This document shows, piece after piece, positions 27,788 to 40,163 of a DNA stretch of 64,000 bases. The notes under the pieces are model-generated. The model worked only from the letters and a program-made list of their open reading frames with translations, ran no database searches and was not told where the DNA came from. The stretch is from positions 160,001 to 224,000 of the forward strand of contig OZ219789.1 in NCBI GenBank assembly GCA_964291285.2, read 5' to 3'. The stretch is from Alphaproteobacteria bacterium (GTDB lineage Bacteria; Pseudomonadota; Alphaproteobacteria; Bin95). How positions within the stretch are numbered: the first letter of the stretch is position 1; every line of letters starts with the position of its first letter. The translations under genes and the position numbers were made by a program.

Positions 27788-27820
27788 AGAAAAAAGCCCG
27801 CGCCGGGTAGGCGCGGGCTT
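27788..27820 (-). terminator. Rho-independent terminator (IIC intron target)
   Basis: Minus strand AAGCCCGCGCC-taccc-GGCGCGGGCTT-TTTTCT downstream of the SBP gene. Confidence 0.9.
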
Positions 27821-27861
27821 GCATCGTTCCGGCACGGCCGCGTCGGACCGTCCGGTATCGG

Positions 27862-29556
27862 CTACTTGTCGAGCCAGAAGGTGTCGAACCGTCCGACATC
27901 GTAGAGGCCGAAATAGTTGTAGGGGTTGTGGCCCTTGACGTAGTTGTACCAGCCGTCGTTGATCTTCTCCCAGCAGATCGGGAGCACCGGCGGGTTCTCC
28001 TCCATCACCATTTCGGCCGCGGTGATCGCTTCTTGCCGCTTCACCGGATCGACCTCGTTGTCGATGGCCGCCAGCAGCTCGGTGAAGCGCGGGTCTTCCC
28101 ACTGCGAATAGTTCTGCGGGCCGTTCGGGCCGTACCAGGTGTTGAAGTAGTCCGACGGGTCGATCAGGGTCGAGACGATGGCGCCGACCGAGAGGTCGAA
28201 CTTGCCGTTGTTGGTGTCGTCGAACCAGACCGATTCCACGACGGTGCGCAACTCGCACTCGACGTTGAGCGCCTGTGCCAGCATCGCCTGGATCGCCTGC
28301 GACCAGATCTTGAAGGTCGCCACGTCGCGCACCACGAAGTCGAGCCCCTTGATGCCGCCGCCGTGGCCGGCGGCCTCCAGCAGCGCCCTGGCTTCCTTGA
28401 TGGAGGCCGTCGTGTCCGGCTGGTAGCCGACGCGCTTGGTAAGCTCCTCCGTCGGCGTCGCCACATCCGAGAACGGATAGATGAAGCCGCCGACCAGCAT
28501 CGGCGCCACATCCTTGACGGCTTCCACCAGCACCGGCCGGTCGAAGACCAGGTGCATGGCCCGGCGCACCCTCGGGTCGTTGAAGGGCTCGCGGTCGGCA
28601 TTGAGCCAGACCGCCTGGATGACGCTCTGGTAGTAGTCGGTCGCCGTCATGTCGTCGCGCGCGTCGGCTTCCCTGCGCGTCACCGGGTCGATCAGCCGGG
28701 CGTAATCCGTCCGGCCTGCCAGGAAAGCGGAGCCGAGTTCCGGCGAGAACGGCAGGCCGTGGTAGAACTCGATCCCGTCGAGATAGGGCAGCCCTTCCAT
28801 CCAGTAGTCCGGGTTCTTCTGCATCACCCAGATTTCCTGCTCGACGCGCCGGACGCTGCGGAACGGACCGGTACCGGGGACGTCGAGGGTCTTGCGCAGA
28901 TTGTAGTTGTTGTCCTCGAGCGTCTTCTTGCGGACGATGCCGTTCCAGCCGCTGGAGATCGCGCCCATGATGAAGGCCGGCGGCCTGGGCGCGGCCAGCT
29001 TGAACTGGACGGTGTACTTGTCGGGCGCGGTGACCTCATCGACCGAGGTGAACAGCGCGCTGCGCGGGATGTTGATGCCCTCCGGCGGCTTGGTGATGCG
29101 GTCGAAGGTGGCTTTCACATCCGCGGAAGTGAGTTCGGCGCCGTCGGAGAAAAGCACGCCCTTGCGCAGGAAGAACGTGTAGGTCTTGCCGTCTTTCGAG
29201 ATTTCCCAGCTGTGGGCGAGGTCGGGGATGATCGACTGTCCGCTGTCGCGGGGGTCATGGCGAATCAGGTTGTCGTACATGCAGGCCTGACTGCCGAGAT
29301 TGTTGATCGTGCCCGACTGGTGGAAGTCGAGATGCGGCGGACGCATGGTGATGCCGTAGCGCAGCACGCCACCCGATTTCGGGTTCGGCTCCGTCGCCGC
29401 AAGCTGGAATTTCGAGCCGTCATATTCCATCGGAATGGCGGCATTGGCCCTGCGGGAATGCAGGCCGTACGCCCCCGCAGCGGCCAGCGCCGCGCTTCCC
29501 TGAAGGAAGTGCCGCCGACTCCAGTGCGGGTTCATGAATCCTTTGCGAGCCATCAT
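27862..29556 (-). CDS. Peptide/nickel ABC transporter substrate-binding protein (family 5), Tat-exported
   Basis: SRRHFLQ twin-arginine motif, PDLAHSWEIS, GTGPF, DPRVRRAM. Confidence 0.93.
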   Translation of the reverse strand: MMARKGFMNPHWSRRHFLQGSAALAAAGAYGLHSRRANAAIPMEYDGSKFQLAATEPNPKSGGVLRYGITMRPPHLDFHQSGTINNLGSQACMYDNLIRHDPRDSGQSIIPDLAHSWEISKDGKTYTFFLRKGVLFSDGAELTSADVKATFDRITKPPEGINIPRSALFTSVDEVTAPDKYTVQFKLAAPRPPAFIMGAISSGWNGIVRKKTLEDNNYNLRKTLDVPGTGPFRSVRRVEQEIWVMQKNPDYWMEGLPYLDGIEFYHGLPFSPELGSAFLAGRTDYARLIDPVTRREADARDDMTATDYYQSVIQAVWLNADREPFNDPRVRRAMHLVFDRPVLVEAVKDVAPMLVGGFIYPFSDVATPTEELTKRVGYQPDTTASIKEARALLEAAGHGGGIKGLDFVVRDVATFKIWSQAIQAMLAQALNVECELRTVVESVWFDDTNNGKFDLSVGAIVSTLIDPSDYFNTWYGPNGPQNYSQWEDPRFTELLAAIDNEVDPVKRQEAITAAEMVMEENPPVLPICWEKINDGWYNYVKGHNPYNYFGLYDVGRFDTFWLDK

Positions 29557-29673
29557 GCTCCTCCTGCCTGACGGGGCCCTTTCGGCCCCTCCCTAAATCG
29601 GTATGCTTCACTTGTTGGCGTCTTGCCGCTCTGGCCCTCCCGGAGGCCGACCACGTATCTAGGAGTGTCGATT

Positions 29674-30735
29674 ATGGACCGAACCCAGCCGCTCGAACAA
29701 GAGGGCGGGCAGGAGGCCCCGGCAGGAGCAGGCGAGAGCGTTCTCGAAGTCGAGAATCTGCAGACGCATTTCTTCACCAATGACGGGGTGGTGCGCGCGG
29801 TGGACGGCGTTTCCTACGGCGTGCGCCGGGGCGAGACCCTCGGTGTCGTCGGGGAATCCGGCTGCGGCAAGAGCGTGACGGCGCTTTCGATCCTGCGCCT
29901 GGTGGCGAGTCCGCCCGGCCGCATCGTCGGCGGCGCCATCCGGCTGGAGGGACGGAACCTCCTCGAAGCGACCGAGACCGAGATGGAAGATGTCCGGGGC
30001 AACGAGATTTCCATGATCTTCCAGGAGCCGATGACCTCCCTCAATCCGCTGTTCACGGTCGGCAGGCAGATCAGCGAGGCCATCGCGCTCCATCAGGGCC
30101 TCTCGAAGCGCGACGCGATGGACCGCGCCATAGAGATGCTTCGCGAGGTCCATATTCCGGAGCCGGAGCGCCGCGCGCACGAATATCCGCATCAGCTCTC
30201 CGGCGGTATGCGCCAGCGGGTGATGATCGCCATGGCGCTCTCCTGCAACCCGAAGGTGCTGATCGCCGACGAGCCGACGACCGCGCTCGACGTCACCATC
30301 CAGGCGCAGATCCTCGACCTCATGCGCGAGACGCAGCGCACCCAGGGCCAGGCCGTCATCCTGATTACCCACGACATGGGCGTCGTTGCCGAAAACGCCG
30401 ACCGGGTGGTGGTGATGTATGCGGGCCGGAAGGTCGAGGAGGCCGAGGTGGACGAACTCTTCGACCATCCGGGCCATCCCTATACCGAGGGGCTTCTGGG
30501 CGCCATTCCGAGCCTCGAAACCGCAGCGCACACGGAGAGCGGCCGGGGGCGCCTGAACGAGATCGAGGGCATGGTGCCCTCGCTCGCCAACCTGCCGCCG
30601 GGATGCACCTTCGCGCCGCGCTGCCTTTACGCGAGCGAGCGCTGCCGGCAGGAATTTCCGCCGCTGGAACACCACCGTCCGGGCCACTGGGTCGCCTGCT
30701 GGCACGCAGACCGCCTGCTGGGAGGAACGGCATGA
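29674..30735 (+). CDS. Peptide ABC transporter ATP-binding protein (DppD-like)
   Basis: [29 protein letters not shown]-terminal Cys cluster; AGGAG SD. Confidence 0.95.
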   Translation: MDRTQPLEQEGGQEAPAGAGESVLEVENLQTHFFTNDGVVRAVDGVSYGVRRGETLGVVGESGCGKSVTALSILRLVASPPGRIVGGAIRLEGRNLLEATETEMEDVRGNEISMIFQEPMTSLNPLFTVGRQISEAIALHQGLSKRDAMDRAIEMLREVHIPEPERRAHEYPHQLSGGMRQRVMIAMALSCNPKVLIADEPTTALDVTIQAQILDLMRETQRTQGQAVILITHDMGVVAENADRVVVMYAGRKVEEAEVDELFDHPGHPYTEGLLGAIPSLETAAHTESGRGRLNEIEGMVPSLANLPPGCTFAPRCLYASERCRQEFPPLEHHRPGHWVACWHADRLLGGTA

Positions 30736-31769
30736 GCACCGCGACCGGGAACGCTACGCCGCTGCTCGACGTGCAGGGCCTCAAGAAGCACTTCCCCATC
30801 TACAAGGGCGTCTTCTCGCGGGTCCGGGGGCATGTCTATGCCGTGGACGGCGTGAGCTTCCGGATCGGGCGCGGCGAGACGCTGGGGCTGGTCGGAGAAT
30901 CCGGCTGCGGAAAATCCACCGTCGGCCGGACCGTGCTGAAGCTGCTGGAGCCGACCGAAGGGCGCATCCGCCTGGACGGTGAAGACATCACCGACCTCGG
31001 CGCTGCGGACATGATGCCCTACCGCCAGCGCATGCAGATGATCTTCCAGGACCCCTACGCCTCGCTGAACCCGCGCATGCCGGCCAGTTCCATCGTCGGC
31101 GAGCCCATGACCATCCACGGCGTGTCGGAAGGCGCGGAGCGCGAGGAGCGGGTGGAGGCGCTGTTCGAGCGCGTCGGCCTCGGCCGCCGGCACCTGGACT
31201 CCTATCCGCACGAGTTCTCCGGCGGGCAGCGCCAGCGCATCGGCATCGCACGCGCGCTGGCGCTCAATCCGGACCTCATTGTCGGGGACGAGCCGGTTTC
31301 TGCGCTCGACGTGTCGATCCAGGCGCAGATCATCAACCTGCTGATGGACCTCCAGGACGAGCTGAAGCTCTCCTACCTGTTCGTCGCGCACGACCTTGCG
31401 GTGGTCGAGCATATCAGCCACCGGGTCGCGGTCATGTATCTCGGCCGCATCGTCGAGATCACCGACAAGACGAGCCTGTTCGACAGCCCGCTGCACCCCT
31501 ATACGGAGGCGCTGCTCTCTGCGGTGCCGATGCCGAAGGCGCGCGCCCGCGGCCGCAAGCGCGTCATTCTGGAGGGCGACGTGCCGAGCCCGATCAACCC
31601 GCCCTCCGGCTGCCATTTCCACTCGCGCTGCCCCTATGCGATGGCGCGCTGCCGCAGCGACGTGCCCGTGCTACGCGAGGTGCAGGCCGGCCACTGGGCC
31701 GCCTGCCACCTGCACGACGGCACCGGCGCGGAGCCCGTAGCCGCCCTGGGGACGGCGGCTACCGCTTAG
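30732..31769 (+). CDS. Peptide ABC transporter ATP-binding protein (DppF-like)
   Basis: [32 protein letters not shown]; ATGA overlap. Confidence 0.95.
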   Translation: MSTATGNATPLLDVQGLKKHFPIYKGVFSRVRGHVYAVDGVSFRIGRGETLGLVGESGCGKSTVGRTVLKLLEPTEGRIRLDGEDITDLGAADMMPYRQRMQMIFQDPYASLNPRMPASSIVGEPMTIHGVSEGAEREERVEALFERVGLGRRHLDSYPHEFSGGQRQRIGIARALALNPDLIVGDEPVSALDVSIQAQIINLLMDLQDELKLSYLFVAHDLAVVEHISHRVAVMYLGRIVEITDKTSLFDSPLHPYTEALLSAVPMPKARARGRKRVILEGDVPSPINPPSGCHFHSRCPYAMARCRSDVPVLREVQAGHWAACHLHDGTGAEPVAALGTAATA

Positions 31770-31774
31770 TTCGG

Positions 31775-32686
31775 TCAGACCGCGCCGCGCAGGCGCGGGT
31801 CGAGCACGTCGCGGATGCCGTCGCCGAACAGGTTGAAGGCGAGCACGGTGATGGTGATCGCCACGCCCGGGAAGAGCACCAGCCACCAGGGCGGCACGAT
31901 GCCGGCATTGAGCGCGTCCGCCAGCATGTTGCCCCAGGTCGGCGCGGGCGGCGGGATGCCGACGCCGAGGAAGCCGAGCGAGGCCTCGATGATGATCGCG
32001 ACGCCGAGATGGGTCGTGGCGAGGATCAGGTAGGGCGCCACGCACTGCGGCAGGATGTGGAAGAGCATGATGCGCATGTTGGAGGCGCCGAGGCTGCGCG
32101 CCGCCTCCACGAACGACATTTCCTTGAGCGACAGCACGACAGAGCGGATCACGCGCCCGCCGAACGGTATTCGCGTGATCGCGATGGCGATGATGACCGT
32201 CCCGGTGCCCGAACCCAGCGCCATCGCGATCGCCATTGCGAGTATCAGGTCCGGAAATGACTGGAGAAATTCGATGATGCGCTGGCTGACAATATCGAAC
32301 CGCCCTCCGAGAAAACCGCATGCCAGGCCCCAGAACGACCCGAGCGTGGTGCCGAGCAGCACCGCGGCGAAGGCAACGATGAGCGAGGTGCGGCTGCCGT
32401 GGATGACGCGGCTCAGCGTGTCGCGGCCGATCTGGTCGGTGCCGAACAGATGTTCTTCATAGGGTGCCTTCTGCATGCTCCGGAAATCGGACTTGAGCGG
32501 CGGATAGGGCGCGATCACCGGCGCGGCCACCGCCATGGCCACGATCAGGAGCGCAACGCAGCCCCAGAACGCCGACAGCGGAGAGCGGCGCCCGAAGTGC
32601 CTGAGGCCGCCCCACACACGGGCCGGCAGCGGCCGCCCGGCCCGGCGGGACTCTTCCGCGGTCGGGGTTTCGGGCTGCACGGTCAT
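31775..32686 (-). CDS. Peptide ABC transporter permease (DppC-like)
   Basis: GTDQIGRD, FVEAARSLGA EAA loop, EASLGFLG. Confidence 0.94.
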   Translation of the reverse strand: MTVQPETPTAEESRRAGRPLPARVWGGLRHFGRRSPLSAFWGCVALLIVAMAVAAPVIAPYPPLKSDFRSMQKAPYEEHLFGTDQIGRDTLSRVIHGSRTSLIVAFAAVLLGTTLGSFWGLACGFLGGRFDIVSQRIIEFLQSFPDLILAMAIAMALGSGTGTVIIAIAITRIPFGGRVIRSVVLSLKEMSFVEAARSLGASNMRIMLFHILPQCVAPYLILATTHLGVAIIIEASLGFLGVGIPPPAPTWGNMLADALNAGIVPPWWLVLFPGVAITITVLAFNLFGDGIRDVLDPRLRGAV

Positions 32687-33645
32687 TGGTATCTGATCCT
32701 CGGGTCGATCCAGGCAATGATAATATCGACGGTGATATTCAACATCACGAACACCACGGCATAGAGGAAGACGAGGTTCTGCATGACGAAGATGTCGCGC
32801 TCATTCACCGCCGTGAACATGGCGTAGCCGAGGCCCGGCGTGCCGAAGGCGCGTTCCACCGGGATCGACCCGGCCAGCACGAATCCCAGCAGGATTCCGG
32901 ACAGCGTGATGACCGGCAGCAGCGCATTGGGCAGCGCGTGGAGGCTGACCACGAGGCGCCCGTTGAGGCCCTTGGCCCTGGCGGTGCGCACATAGTCCTC
33001 GCGGATCACCTCCAGCAGGCTGGAGCGGGCCATGCGGGCGATGTAGGCGGCCTGGCCGAGCGCGAGCACGAAGGCGGGCCCGATGATGATCTGCAGCACC
33101 GTTCCGGGGTCCTCGAACAGCCCTGCCCCGCCGGCGGTCTGCGGCGCGCGGTAGCCGAAGCCGAACAGGAGGCCCAGCACGATCAGCATGCCGAGCCAGA
33201 ACCCCGGCACGGCTAGGCAGGTGATCGAGATCACGCGGGCGGTGTTGTCCGCCATGGTGTTGGGCCGCAGCGCGCTGATGATCGCCACCGGAATGCCGAG
33301 GATCCAGGAGAGGATGACCGACAGGATGGCGATCTGCGCCGTCAGCGGCCCGCGGCGCAGCACCATCTCGCCGACGCTTTCGGCACGGAAGAACGAGCGG
33401 CCGAGCTCGCCCCTCGCAATGTCGAGAACCCAGTTGAGATACTGGACGATCAGCGGGTCGGCGAGGCCGAGCTCCTCCATGTAGCTCTGCCGCTGCGCCT
33501 CGGTGAGCTTGGTCATGCCCTCCGGGCCGAAAATCGCCGTCAGCGGATCGCCCGGCATGATCCGCATGATGAGGAACACGATGATCGACACGCCGAACAC
33601 CGTGATCCCGCCGAACGCAAACCGGCGCACGATATAGCTATACAT
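32683..33645 (-). CDS. Peptide ABC transporter permease (DppB-like)
   Basis: MPGDP, DYVRTARAKGL, HALPNALLP, DPRIRY. Confidence 0.94.
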   Translation of the reverse strand: MYSYIVRRFAFGGITVFGVSIIVFLIMRIMPGDPLTAIFGPEGMTKLTEAQRQSYMEELGLADPLIVQYLNWVLDIARGELGRSFFRAESVGEMVLRRGPLTAQIAILSVILSWILGIPVAIISALRPNTMADNTARVISITCLAVPGFWLGMLIVLGLLFGFGYRAPQTAGGAGLFEDPGTVLQIIIGPAFVLALGQAAYIARMARSSLLEVIREDYVRTARAKGLNGRLVVSLHALPNALLPVITLSGILLGFVLAGSIPVERAFGTPGLGYAMFTAVNERDIFVMQNLVFLYAVVFVMLNITVDIIIAWIDPRIRYQ

Positions 33646-33754
33646 CCGGTTCCCGCCAGCCGCGCATCGTGACGAACGCCCTCCCCTCGCTCCGCCCGGC
33701 AGACTGCTTGCAGGGCGGCGGCACTGTCAAGGCGGTGCCGCCCGCGCCTCCGCC

Positions 33755-34740
<986 letters not shown>

Positions 34741-34744
<4 letters not shown>

Positions 34745-35811
34745 GAGGCGGCTCCGAACAGGCGCTCGGAATGCCAGCAGGCGGCCCAGTGGCCGGGCTG
34801 TTTTTCCAGATAGGGCGGATATTCCGCGCGGCAGCGGTCGTCGGCGAAGCGGCAGCGGGGCGCGAAGGCGCAGCCGGGCGGCAGGTTGTTCAGCGGCGGC
34901 ACGATGCCCGGAATCTCCTCAAGCCGCTCAGCGGCGGCGCTGTCCTCGCCGCTCATGATGGCGAGGCGCGGCACCGAGGCCATCAGGCCGTGCGTGTAGG
35001 GGTGCATCGGGTTGGAGAAGAGCGGCACGACATCCGCCTCCTCCACCTTCCGGCCCGCATACATCACGATGATGCGCTGGGTCGTTTCCGCCACGACGCC
35101 GAGGTCGTGGGTAATCAGGATGACGGCCGTGCCGAGCTCCTGCTGCAGGCGCACGATGAGATCGAGTATCTGCGCCTGGATGGTGACGTCGAGCGCCGTG
35201 GTCGGCTCGTCGGCGATCAGCACCTTCGGGTTGCAGGCGAGCGCCATCGCGATCATCGCCCGCTGGCGCATGCCGCCGGAAAGCTGGTGCGGATATTCCC
35301 TCGCGCGCTGCGCCGGCTCGGGAATGCGCATCATGTCGAGCATCTCCACCGCCCGCGACAGCGCCTGGGCCCGGCTCAGGTCCCGGTGCAGGATCAGGGC
35401 TTCCGCGATCTGGTAGCCGATGGTCAGCACCGGGTTGAGCGAGGTCATCGGCTCCTGGAAGATCATGGAGATGTCATTGCCGCGCACGAGGCGCATCTCC
35501 GCCTCGCCGAGGTCCAGCAGGTCGCGTCCGTCCAGGGTCACGCGGCCGCCGATGATGCGGCCCGGCGGGTCCGGCACGAGGCGCATGACGGAAAGCGCCG
35601 TGATGCTCTTGCCGCAGCCGGACTCGCCCACGATCCCGAGCGTCTCTCCCTTGCGCAGGTTGAAGGAGACTCCGTCCACGGCCTTGACGATTCCCTGGCG
35701 CGTGTAGAACCAGGTCTGCAGGTCCTTCACCTCCAGCGCGCTGTCCCCGGCCGGCGCTTCCGTCGCCGCCGCCGCTCCCTCGTCGAGGGCGGGCATGGTG
35801 TCGGAGGTCAT
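34741..35811 (-). CDS. Peptide ABC transporter ATP-binding protein (DppD-like)
   Basis: [24 protein letters not shown]. Confidence 0.95.
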
Positions 35812-35833
35812 GTCTCGCACCCCATCTTCCGGC

Positions 35834-36727
35834 TCAGCTCCGCTGCCGCGGGTCGAGAATGTCGCGAACCGCATCCCCGAACAGGTTGGTGCCGAACACG
35901 GCGAGGCTGATCGCAATGCCCGGGAAGATCACCAGCCAGGGCGCGACGCGCACATATTCCGCCGCCGACTCCGACAGCATCCGGCCCCAGGACGGGTGCG
36001 GCTCCGGCACGCCGAGACCGAGGAAGGAAAGCGAGGCCTCGACCAGGATCGCGGAGCCCAGCTGCGCGGTGAACAGCACGATCAGCGGCGCCAGCGTGTT
36101 CGGCAGCACATGGCGCACGGCGACGCGGAGCTCGCTCATGCCCGCCGCCCGCGCCGCCTCCACGAAGGGCATTTCCCGGAGTGACAATGTGCTCGACCGC
36201 ACCACACGCGCCACATTGGGCACGAGCGGTATCGAGATGGCGATGATGGTGTTTTCCAGCGACGGCCCGAGCGAGGCCGCCATGACGAGCGCCAGCACGA
36301 GCAGCGGCAGGGCCTGCATGATGTCGATCAGGCGCTGCATCAGCAGGTCGAACCAGCCCATCAGGTAGCCCGACATGAGGCCGATCACGATCCCGATCAC
36401 GCCGCCGAGCAGGATCGAGGCGACGCCGACGGTCAGCGAGATGCGCGCGCCGTGGATGATGCGGCTCAGCACATCCCGGCCCATCATGTCGGCGCCCATG
36501 AGGAATGCGGCGCCCGGCTCCTTCAGCGAGTCTGGAGCGGAAGTATGCAACGGATCGCGAGGCGCGAGGGCGTCGGCGAACAGCGCAGACAGCACGAAGA
36601 CGATCACAATCGCAGCGCCGATGGCACCCAACGGGTGCTGGCGCATGTAGAAAACGAGCCGGCTCCAATGGCCGGAAACATTCGCGCCGGCGCGCGTGAG
36701 CTCGGCCTGATGGTCGATTTCAGCCAT
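35834..36727 (-). CDS. Peptide ABC transporter permease (DppC-like)
   Basis: [30 protein letters not shown]. Confidence 0.94.
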   Translation of the reverse strand: MAEIDHQAELTRAGANVSGHWSRLVFYMRQHPLGAIGAAIVIVFVLSALFADALAPRDPLHTSAPDSLKEPGAAFLMGADMMGRDVLSRIIHGARISLTVGVASILLGGVIGIVIGLMSGYLMGWFDLLMQRLIDIMQALPLLVLALVMAASLGPSLENTIIAISIPLVPNVARVVRSSTLSLREMPFVEAARAAGMSELRVAVRHVLPNTLAPLIVLFTAQLGSAILVEASLSFLGLGVPEPHPSWGRMLSESAAEYVRVAPWLVIFPGIAISLAVFGTNLFGDAVRDILDPRQRS

Positions 36728-36762
36728 CGTGGCGCTCCGGGAACGGAGGGTCGGTGGATCGC

Positions 36763-37710
36763 TCAGTCGGCATATTTGATCCTCGGGTCGAGCACCGCGT
36801 AGAGCATGTCCACGAGGAAGTTGATGAGCACGGTCACGAGCGCGATCAGCATCACGAGGTTCTGCACGATCGGGTAGTCGCGCATCAGGATCGCCTCGAC
36901 CAGGAAGTGGGCGACGCCCGGGATGTTGAACACCGTCTCGGTGATGATAAGCCCGCCGATCAGGAAGGCGGCCTCGATGCCGATGATGGTCGTCACCGGC
37001 AGCACCGCGTTCTTGAGCGCATGGTGGTAGTTGACGGAGTTGTCGGTCGCCCCCTTGGAGCGCGCCGTGCGGATATAGTCCTGGCGCATCACCTCCAGCA
37101 TGGAGGAGCGCGTAAGCCGCATGATGAGCGCGGACGACCGGAAGCCGACCGCTGCCGCCGGGATGCTGTAGAGCAGCAGTTCGTCCCAGAGATTGTCCGG
37201 TGGGTCCGTGTAGATCGGGATCGTGCCTGCATACTGGACGAAGGCCATCAGGATCAGCAGGGCGAGCCAGAAGGACGGCAGCGAAAGCCCGCTCAGCGAT
37301 ATGCAGCGCAGGACGTAGTCCATCGCCGAGTTCTGGCGCACGGCGCTGATCACGCCGAGCGGCAGCCCGAACAGGACCGAGAAGAAGAGCGAGAGCGCGG
37401 CGAGCTTGGCGGTGATCGGAATGCGCGGCTGCAATTCGTCCACCACCGGCATCTCCGAGACGTAGGAGAAGCCGAGGTCCCAGACGATCAGGCCGCGAAT
37501 CCATTCGTAATACTGAACCGGAATCGGCTGGTCGAGGCCGAGTTCCCGCTCGATATTGGCCTTCTCCTCCGGGTCCACGAACCCGGCGGAGTCGAACATG
37601 ATGTCGGCGATGTTGCCGGGCATCAGCCGCAACAGCACGAAGATGATGATCGACATCCCGACAAGCGTCAGGATCATCAACAGGAAGCGCTTGACGATAT
37701 AGGCGCTCAA
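36763..37710 (-). CDS. Peptide ABC transporter permease (DppB-like)
   Basis: DYIRTARSKG, HALKNAVLP, RDYPIVQ, LDPRI; TTG start. Confidence 0.94.
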   Translation of the reverse strand: MSAYIVKRFLLMILTLVGMSIIIFVLLRLMPGNIADIMFDSAGFVDPEEKANIERELGLDQPIPVQYYEWIRGLIVWDLGFSYVSEMPVVDELQPRIPITAKLAALSLFFSVLFGLPLGVISAVRQNSAMDYVLRCISLSGLSLPSFWLALLILMAFVQYAGTIPIYTDPPDNLWDELLLYSIPAAAVGFRSSALIMRLTRSSMLEVMRQDYIRTARSKGATDNSVNYHHALKNAVLPVTTIIGIEAAFLIGGLIITETVFNIPGVAHFLVEAILMRDYPIVQNLVMLIALVTVLINFLVDMLYAVLDPRIKYAD

Positions 37711-37761
37711 GGCCTGCCCCCTCTTGCCCGTGCTCCAGGCAGCAGATCGATTGCAGGAAAA

Positions 37762-37787
37762 CCGGGGCGCCTCAAGGGACGCCCCGG
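37762..37787 (-). terminator. Intercistronic stem-loop after SBP gene
   Basis: CCGGGGCG..CGCCCCGG inverted repeat between SBP and permease. Confidence 0.55.
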
Positions 37788-37812
37788 CTCATCGCATGTT
37801 GAAAGGGTCCGG

Positions 37813-39411
37813 CTACTTGTCGAGCCAGACGTCTTCCAGACGCCAGTTGTTGTAGAGGCTGTTCACATGCGTGACGAAGCCCTTGACGTAAGGCTGCCAG
37901 CAATTGGCTCCCTTGCTGTGCATGATCATCGGCCTGGCCGCATCTTCCTGCAGTTTCCTGTCGATCTCCCAGACGAGCTTCCTGCGCTCTTCCTGGTCGG
38001 TCATCATCGACTGCTTCTCGAACAGCGCCTCCATCTCCTCCTTGCAGTAGCCCGTGTAGTTCCGCTGCGAGCCGCAGGAGTAGTTCTCGTAGAAATTGGA
38101 GTCTGGATCGTCCACACCCGAGCCGGTCAGGTTCAGGCCGACCATGTAGTCCTTGCGGGCTACCTTTGCATGCCAGTTGCTGGTCTCGACCGTATCAAGT
38201 TCGGCGGCGATGTGGATATGCTTCAGGTGGTCGATCAGGATGACGGCCGCATCGCGATAGACTGCGATATTCCGGGTCGATACCTTCACTTCAAGCGGCT
38301 TGTCGGGCCCGTAGCCGAGGCCCTCCATGATCTTGCGGCCCTCCGCCCGGTTCGCCTCGATATCCGGGCCGTAGCCGGCCACCTTCTCCAGGACTTCCGG
38401 AGGCATGCCCCAGACGCCCGACGGCGGCGGCATCATCGCTCCGCCCGCCACAGCCTCTCCGTCGGCGAGGATGTCGATGAACGCCTGCCGATCGATCGCG
38501 AACACCATGGCCTTGCGGATGTCCGCATTGTCGAAGGGCGGGTTGTCCTGGTTCACGATCAGATTGTAGCTGACATTGGTCGTGACCAGTTCGCAGACCG
38601 CGTGCGGCGCCTGGGACCTGACGTCCTTCAGCAGCGGAACGGTGACATCGACATTGAAGGTCATGTCGAACTCGCCGGCGATGAAGGCCAGCACACGGGT
38701 CGCGCGGCTCTTGATGATCGTCCACTCATGCCCGTCGAGATGCGGCTTGCCTTCCTTCCAGTAGTTGTCGTTCTTCGTGAACTTCACATGCTCGTTCTGC
38801 TTGAGGCTCACGAATTTGAAGGGGCCGGTGCCGATCGGGTTCGTCCGCATCTTCTTCGGCGGCACATGGCAGGGATAGACCGGCGAATAGCCCGAGGCCA
38901 GCAGCGCGATGAAGGCCGGCTGGCGGCGCTTCAGGTGGAAGGTCGCCTCATGGTCGCCGTTCGTGGTGATTTCCTCGAGGTTCTTGTACCAGGCCTTGCG
39001 CGGGTTCTTGCGCAGCTTCGCCTTGCTCTTGCCGAGCACGAGCTCCCAGGTGCATTTGACGTCCGCCGAAGTGAACGGCTTGCCATCGTGCCACTGCACA
39101 CCCTCGCGCAGCTTGAAGGTGATCTCGGTGCCGTCCTCGTTCCAGCTCCAGCTTTCGGCCAGGTCCGGAACGATGGTGTCCAGGCTGTTCTTCGCCACAT
39201 CCTGCTTGTACATGACGAGGTTGTTGTAAACGCCCATGTAAGGCGAGACCGTCGAGTTGGTCGCCTCCTCGTGGATCGAGCCGCTGGGCGGGGTGCCGCG
39301 ATGGTAGAATTTGAGGACGCCCCCGTCCTTCTGCGCGAGCGCCGTCCCGGCATAGCCCGCGAGCATTGCCACGCCGAGGCCGAACGCCGCGGCGCGTGTC
39401 AGATTACCCAT
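37813..39411 (-). CDS. Peptide/nickel ABC transporter substrate-binding protein (family 5)
   Basis: Sec signal peptide, PDLAESWSW, PIGTGPF, IRKAM; GGGAGG SD. Confidence 0.93.
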   Translation of the reverse strand: MGNLTRAAAFGLGVAMLAGYAGTALAQKDGGVLKFYHRGTPPSGSIHEEATNSTVSPYMGVYNNLVMYKQDVAKNSLDTIVPDLAESWSWNEDGTEITFKLREGVQWHDGKPFTSADVKCTWELVLGKSKAKLRKNPRKAWYKNLEEITTNGDHEATFHLKRRQPAFIALLASGYSPVYPCHVPPKKMRTNPIGTGPFKFVSLKQNEHVKFTKNDNYWKEGKPHLDGHEWTIIKSRATRVLAFIAGEFDMTFNVDVTVPLLKDVRSQAPHAVCELVTTNVSYNLIVNQDNPPFDNADIRKAMVFAIDRQAFIDILADGEAVAGGAMMPPPSGVWGMPPEVLEKVAGYGPDIEANRAEGRKIMEGLGYGPDKPLEVKVSTRNIAVYRDAAVILIDHLKHIHIAAELDTVETSNWHAKVARKDYMVGLNLTGSGVDDPDSNFYENYSCGSQRNYTGYCKEEMEALFEKQSMMTDQEERRKLVWEIDRKLQEDAARPMIMHSKGANCWQPYVKGFVTHVNSLYNNWRLEDVWLDK

Positions 39412-39636
39412 GCTTGTATCCCTCCCGGTTAGCATGACGCCGTATGGATTATGTCGGCCCCGCTCCGTTCTGCCAAGCCGGAACCATGCGCGACGCAAAC
39501 GCAGTGCAAAAAAAGATGGCGGAAGAGCTGCCTTCGCCGTTTCCGGTACAGGTTTACCGCGCCCTTTCAGGCGTCAAATCCATAATCTCGAAACGATCCC
39601 GGGCCGCCCGAATGCGGCGAGCCGCCGACCGGCCCG

Positions 39637-39975
39637 TCAGTTCTCCACCGCGTCCAGCGCCTCGCCCTCGGACCCGTGAATCTGGATGATCTTGTCGAAA
39701 CCGGAGAGCTGCACGATCTCCCGGACGGTATCGGGCAGCGCGCAGAGCGCGAAGCTCGCATCGCGCCGCCAGAGGCCCTTGGCGATCACCAGAACCGCGC
39801 GGAGGCCGGCGCTGCTGATATAGGAAAGCTGGGACAGATTCACGACCACGGCGCGGTCGTCGTCCTGGATCGCGGCCTTCATCTTGCTCTCGAAATCGCG
39901 GGCCGTGGCGCTGTCTATGCGGCCTTCCGGCACCGCGAGCAGGGCGCCGCCGCGCCGTTCCATCCTTACTTCCAT
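39637..39975 (-). CDS. STAS-domain anti-sigma factor antagonist
   Basis: GRIDSATA, LSYISSAGLR phospho-Ser motif, SGFDKII; AGGAGG SD. Confidence 0.92.
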   Translation of the reverse strand: MEVRMERRGGALLAVPEGRIDSATARDFESKMKAAIQDDDRAVVVNLSQLSYISSAGLRAVLVIAKGLWRRDASFALCALPDTVREIVQLSGFDKIIQIHGSEGEALDAVEN

Positions 39976-40163
39976 CCCGGTTCCTCCTGACCTCGCTTGA
40001 CGGATTCCGGCGCTGCCCAGGCACCGTTCCATCACATTATAGCGGCTACTCTGCGCATTGTTACACGAACCTGCCGCCGGACACAGCCTCCGATGGCCGC
40101 AATCCTCGAAGGCGGAGGATCGAGACCGCAGTGGACCGGACCGGGACCGCTCCCGGCGGCGCG

